From Macrostomum lignano (lineage: Eukaryota), in the NCBI GenBank assembly GCA_002269645.1, contig NIVC01000911.1, positions 349,298 to 413,297 on the forward strand: a stretch of DNA of 64,000 bases, in the 5' to 3' direction. The notes under the pieces are model-generated. The model searched no databases. It was not told the DNA's origin and was given only the letters and a program-made list of their open reading frames with translations. Shown here piece by piece: positions 57,831 to 64,000 of this stretch. Both the position numbers and the translations under genes were made by a program. The first letter of the stretch is position 1. The number at the start of each line of letters is the position of its first letter.

Positions 57831-60800
57831 TTATAAGTTTTGTACTTTTAACTCTCAGATTGGGTCTTAGCAGATTCTATAGCTATGCATGCAAGGGCCC
57901 CTCAGAGGAGATGCTTAAACACTGCAGTGCATTTTTCCTAGCAATTATTGGGACACGAAGTGTTGGGCCACTGTGTGTGTGTGTCTAGTTTTTTCCGCAT
58001 TTGTTAAGTCACCTAAAGAACTCAATTAATAAAGGGCTCCAGAACAAATTGATGGGCAAACGGATGACACACTGCACAGAGACTTGTTGGGACACATTAA
58101 AAACAGCTTATTTTAGAATGGGTACACTTTACTAAAGTAGAATGCTCCTACAGAAAGCTGCAAGCAAACTAGCATCTTCTGGAGCTGACATGCAGAGAAG
58201 AATGATTTTGTCGTCCTTGAAATCACTAAACAGATATGCGAAATCGATCTTTTGCTAACCCCACCACAGGTTCCAGTGAAAAGAAGAAACGAAACCCATT
58301 GACTAAATTGGCAGTCGACTCAATCGATGCCGCTGCAACGGACCTGTCAGCTTCGAACTCAGGAGAGCAGCTAATAGTCTACGAGAGTAATGCTAGATGC
58401 CAGAATGCTTCACAGAATCAAAGTCTTAAGCAGAAGCTTCAATGAAAGGTTAGTTCATGCTGTGGCTGCATTCATTTTCGTGTCTAGAAGCGTTATAAGT
58501 TTTGTACTTTTAACTCTCAGACGGGTCTTAGCAGATTCAATAGCTATGCATGCAAGGGCCCCTCAGAGGAGATGCTTAAACACTGCAGTGCATTTTTCCT
58601 AGCAATTATTGGGACACGAAGTGTTGGGCCACTGTGTGTGTGTGTCTAGTTTTTTCCGCATTTGTTAAGTCACCTAAAGAACTCAATTAATAAAGGGCTC
58701 CAGAACAAATTGATGGGCAAACGGATGACACACTGCACAGAGACTTGTTGGGACACATTAAAAACAGCTTATTTTAGAATGGGTACACTTTACTAAAGTA
58801 GAATGCTCCTACAGAAAGCTGCAAGCAAACTAGCATCTTCTGGAGCTGACATGCAGAGAAGAATGATTTTGTCGTCCTTGAAATCACTAAACAGATATGC
58901 GAAATCGATCTTTTGCTAACCCCACCACAGGTTCCAGTGAAAAGAAGAAACGAAACCCATTGACTAAATTGGCAGTCGACTCAATCGATGCCGCTGCAAC
59001 GGACCTGTCAGCTTCGAACTCAGGAGAGCAGCTAATAGTCTACGAGAGTAATGCTAGATGCCAGAATGCTTCACAGAATCAAAGTCTTAAGCAGAAGCTT
59101 CAATGAAAGGTTAGTTCATGCTGTGGCTGCATTCGTTTTCGTGTCTAGAAGCGTTATAACTTTTTGTACTTTTAACTCTCAGATCGGGTCTTAGCAGCTT
59201 CTATAGCTATGCATGCAAGGGCCCCTCAGAGGAGATGCTTAAACACTGCAGTGCATTTTTCCTAGCAATTATTGGGACACGAAGTGTTGGGCCACTGTGT
59301 GTGTGTGTCTAGTTTTTTCCGCATTTGTTAAGTCACCTAAAGAACTCAATTAATAAAGGGCTCCAGAACAAATTGATGGGCAAACGGATGACACACTGCA
59401 CAGAGACTTGTTGGGACACATTAAAAACAGCTTATTTTAGAATGGGTACACTTTACTAAAGTAGAATGCTCCTACAGAAAGCTGCAAGCAAACTAGCATC
59501 TTCTGGAGCTGACATGCAGAGAAGAATGATTTTGTCGTCCTTGAAATCACTAAATAGATATGCGAAATCGATCTTTTGCTAATCCCACAGGTTCCAGTGA
59601 AAAGAAGAAACGAAACCCATTGACTAAATTGGCAGTCGACTCAATCGATGCCGACTGCAACGGACCTGTCAGCTTCGAACTCAGGAGAGCAGCTAATAGT
59701 CTACGAGAGTAATGCTAGATGCCAGAATGCTTCACAGCATCAAAGTCTTCAAAGCAGAAGCTTCAATGAAAGGTTAGTTCATGCTGTGGCTGCATTCGTT
59801 TTCGTGTCTAGAAGCGTTATAACTTTTTGTACTTTTAACTCTCAGATCGGGTCTTAGCAGCTTCTATAGCTATGCATGCAAGGGCCCCTCAGAGGAGATG
59901 CTTAAACACTGCAGTGCATTTTTCCTAGCAATTATTGGGACACGAAGTGTTGGGCCACTGTGTGTGTGTGTCTAGTTTTTTCCGCATTTGTTAAGTCACC
60001 TAAAGAACTCAATTAATAAAGGGCTCCAGAACAAATTGATGGGCAAACGGATGACACACTGCACAGAGACTTGTTGGGACACATTAAAAACAGCTTATTT
60101 TAGAATGGGTACACTTTACTAAAGTAGAATGCTCCTACAGAAAGCTGCAAGCAAACTAGCATCTTCTGGAGCTGACATGCAGAGAAGAATGATTTTGTCG
60201 TCCTTGAAATCACTAAATAGATATGCGAAATCGATCTTTTGCTAATCCCACCACAGGTTCCAGTGAAAAGAAGAAACGAAACCCATTGACTAAATTGGCA
60301 GTCGACTCAATCGATGCCGACTGCAACGGACCTGTCAGCTTCGAACTCAGGAGAGCAGCTAATAGTCTACGAGAGTAATGCTAGATGCCAGAATGCTTCA
60401 CAGCATCAAAGTCTTAAGCAGAAGCTTCAATGAAAGGTTAGTTCATGCTGTGGCTGCATTCGTTTTCGTGTCTAGAAGCGTTATAACTTTTTGTACTTTT
60501 AACTCTCAGATCGGGTCTTAGCAGCTTCTATAGCTATGCATGCAAGGGCCCCTCAGAGGAGATGCTTAAACACTGCAGTGCATTTTTCCTAGCAATTATT
60601 GGGACACGAAGTGTTGGGCCACTGTGTGTGTGTGTCTAGTTTTTTCCGCATTTGTTAAGTCACCTAAAGAACTCAATTAATAAAGGGCTCCAGAACAAAT
60701 TGATGGGCAAACGGATGACACACTGCACAGAGACTTGTTGGGACATATTAAAAACAGCTTATTTTAGAATGGGTACACTTTACTAAAGTAGAATGCTCCT

Positions 60801-63800
60801 ACAGAAAGCTGCAAGCAAACTAGCATCTTCTGGAGCTGACATGCAGAGAAGAATGATTTTGTCGTCCTTGAAATCACTAAATAGATATGCGAAATCGATC
60901 TTTTGCTAATCCCACCACAGGTTCCAGTGAAAAGAAGAAACGAAACCCATTGACTAAATTGGCAGTCGACTCAATCGATGCCGACTGCAACGGACCTGTC
61001 AGCTTCGAACTCAGGAGAGCAGCTAATAGTCTACGAGAGTAATGCTAGATGCCAGAATGCTTCACAGCATCAAAGTCTTAAGCAGAAGCTTCAATGAAAG
61101 GTTAGTTCATGCTGTGGCTGCATTCGTTTTCGTGTCTAGAAGCGTTATAACTTTTTGTACTTTTAACTCTCAGATCGGGTCTTAGCAGTTCTATAGCTAT
61201 GCATGCAAGGGCCCCTCAGAGGAGATGCTTAAACACTGCAGTGCATTTTTCCTAGCAATTATTGGGACACGAAGTGTTGGGCCACTGTGTGTGTGTGTCT
61301 AGTTTTTTCCGCATTTGTTAAGTCACCTAAAGAACTCAATTAATAAAGGGCTCCAGAACAAATTGATGGGCAAACGGATGACACACTGCACAGAGACTTG
61401 TTGGGACACATTAAAAACAGCTTATTTTAGAATGGGTACACTTTACTAAAGTAGAATGCTCCTACAGAAAGCTGCAAGCAAACTAGCATCTTCTGGAGCT
61501 GACATGCAGAGAAGAATGATTTTGTCGTCCTTGAAATCACTAAATAGATATGCGAAATCGATCTTTTGCTAATCCCACCACAGGTTCCAGTGAAAAGAAG
61601 AAACGAAACCCATTGACTAAATTGGCAGTCGACTCAATCGATGCCGACTGCAACGGACCTGTCAGCTTCGAACTCAGGAGAGCAGCTAATAGTCTACGAG
61701 AGTAATGCTAGATGCCAGAATGCTTCACAGCATCAAAGTCTTAAAGCAGAAGCTTCAATGAAAGGTTAGTTCATGCTGTGGCTGCATTCGTTTTCGTGTC
61801 TAGAAGCGTTATAACTTTTTGTACTTTTAACTCTCAGATCGGGTCTTAGCAGCTTCTATAGCTATGCATGCAAGGGCCCCTCAGAGGAGATGCTTAAACA
61901 CTGCAGTGCATTTTTCCTAGCAATTATTGGGACACGAAGTGTTGGGCCACTGTGTGTGTGTGTCTAGTTTTTTCCGCATTTGTTAAGTCACCTAAAGAAC
62001 TCAATTAATAAAGGGCTCCAGAACAAATTGATGGGCAAACGGATGACACACTGCACAGAGACTTGTTGGGACATATTAAAAACAGCTTATTTTAGAATGG
62101 GTACACTTTACTAAAGTAGAATGCTCCTACAGAAAGCTGCAAGCAAACTAGCATCTTCTGGAGCTGACATGCAGAGAAGAATGATTTTGTCGTCCTTGAA
62201 ATCACTAAATAGATATGCGAAATCGATCTTTTGCTAATCCCACCACAGGTTCCAGTGAAAAGAAGAAACGAAACCCATTGACTAAATTGGCAGTCGACTC
62301 AATCGATGCCGACTGCAACGGACCTGTCAGCTTCGAACTCAGGAGAGCAGCTAATAGTCTACGAGAGTAATGCTAGATGCCAGAATGCTTCACAGCATCA
62401 AAGTCTTAAGCAGAAGCTTCAATGAAAGGTTAGTTCATGCTGTGGCTGCATTCGTTTTCGTGTCTAGAAGCGTTATAACTTTTTGTACTTTTAACTCTCA
62501 GATCGGGTCTTAGCAGATTCTATAGCTATGCATGCAAGGGCCCCTCAGAGGAGATGCTTAAACACTGCAGTGCATTTTTCCTAGCAATTATTGGGACACG
62601 AAGTGTTGGGCCACTGTGTGTGTGTGTGTCTAGTTTTTTCCGCATTTGTTAAGTCACCTAAAGAACTCAATTAATAAAGGGCTCCAGAACAAATTGATGG
62701 GCAAACGGATGACACACTGCACAGAGACTTGTTGGGACATTAAAAACAGCTTATTTTAGAATGGGTACACTTTACTAAAGTAGAATGCTCCTACAGAAAG
62801 CTGCAAGCAAACTAGCATCTTCTGGAGCTGACATGCAGAGAAGAATGATTTTGTCGTCCTTGAAATCACTAAATAGATATGCGAAATCGATCTTTTGCTA
62901 ATCCCACCACAGGTTCCAGTGAAAAGAAGAAACGAAACCCATTGACTAAATTGGCAGTCGACTCAATCGATGCCGACTGCAACGGACCTGTCAGCTTCGA
63001 ACTCAGGAGAGCAGCTAATAGTCTACGAGAGTAATGCTAGATGCCAGAATGCTTCACAGCATCAAAGTCTTAAGCAGAAGCTTCAATGAAAGGTTAGTTC
63101 ATGCTGTGGCTGCATTCGTTTTCGTGTCTAGAAGCGTTATAACTTTTTGTACTTTTAACTCTCAGATCGGGTCTTAGCAGCTTCTATAGCTATGCATGCA
63201 AGGGCCCCTCAGAGGAGATGCTTAAACACTGCAGTGCATTTTTCCTAGCAATTATTGGGACACGAAGTGTTGGGCCACTGTGTGTGTGTGTCTAGTTTTT
63301 TCCGCATTTGTTAAGTCACCTAAAGAACTCAATTAATAAAGGGCTCCAGAACAAATTGATGGGCAAACGGATGACACACTGCACAGAGACTTGTTGGGAC
63401 ACATTAAAAACAGCTTATTTTAGAATGGGTACACTTTACTAAAGTAGAATGCTCCTACAGAAAGCTGCAAGCAAACTAGCATCTTCTGGAGCTGACATGC
63501 AGAGAAGAATGATTTTGTCGTCCTTGAAATCACTAAATAGATATGCGAAATCGATCTTTTGCTAATCCCACCACAGGTTCCAGTGAAAAGAAGAAACGAA
63601 ACCCATTGACTAAATTGGCAGTCGACTCAATCGATGCCGACTGCAACGGACCTGTCAGCTTCGAACTCGAGGAGAGCAGCTAATAGTCTACGAGAGTAAT
63701 GCTAGATGCCAGAAGCTTCACAGCATCAAAGTCTTAAAGCAGAAGCTTCAATGAAAGGTTAGTTCATGCTGTGGCTGCATTCGTTTTCGTGTCTAGAAGC

Positions 63801-64000
63801 GTTATAAACTTTTTGTACTTTTAACTCTCAGATCGGGTCTTAGCAGCTTCTATAGCTATGCATGCAAGGGCCCCTCAGAGGAGATGCTTAAACACTGCTG
63901 CAGTGCATTTTCCTAGCAATTATTGGGACACGAAGTGTTGGGCCACTGTGTGTGTGTGTCTAGTTTTTTCCGCATTTGTTAAGTCACCTAAAGAACTCAA
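57831..64000. repeat. Tandem satellite array, 661-666-bp unit, about 9.3 copies, running off the window end
   Basis: The marker C(T/A)ATAGCTATGCATGCAAGGGCCC recurs at about 57877, 58538, 59201, 59864, 60528, 61191, 61856, 62520, 63184 and 63850. Confidence 0.98.

Noticed and set aside
58236-59106. Repeated 69-aa ORF in the satellite units
   Set aside because: It is disrupted by indels in later units and has no known motif, so it is not evidence of a tandem gene array.
57831-64000. Satellite as an SL RNA, 5S, snRNA or tRNA gene array
   Set aside because: I found no recognisable spliced-leader, 5S or U-snRNA sequence; there is only a mismatched B-box-like CTTCGAACTC without an A-box. An Infernal search would be decisive.

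Overview
Eukaryotic (metazoan) genomic DNA. GC-rich, Gln/Pro-rich exons separated by minisatellite-packed introns resemble a macrostomid flatworm such as Macrostomum; this is inference, not demonstrated. Layout: (1) 1-4.8 kb holds a decayed Ty3/Gypsy element with a solo LTR nested in its RT, plus a decayed PIF/Harbinger-ISL2EU-type transposase. (2) Three spliced housekeeping genes lie head-to-tail on the + strand: SEC16 (10304-28886, 10 predicted coding exons, one of 4.8 kb carrying about 60-65 SQAYQQSAPPPA repeats), XRCC1 (33241-39226) and galactokinase (41555-45650). (3) A secreted PAN-like plus ALK/LTK-type glycine-rich protein gene sits at 49967-51390. (4) RTE-LINE and Gypsy relics follow, then a roughly 663-bp satellite array from 57831 to the window end. 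The most striking pattern is the intron architecture of the three housekeeping genes. I reconstructed 14 coding-region introns by hand; 13 are phase 0, many sit at (C)AG|G sites, and 12 are filled with their own minisatellite, several sharing a sense-strand GAAT-N(0-3)-CCC core. All exon boundaries are my predictions from GT/AG sites, frame continuity and remembered protein motifs; none is supported by expression data.
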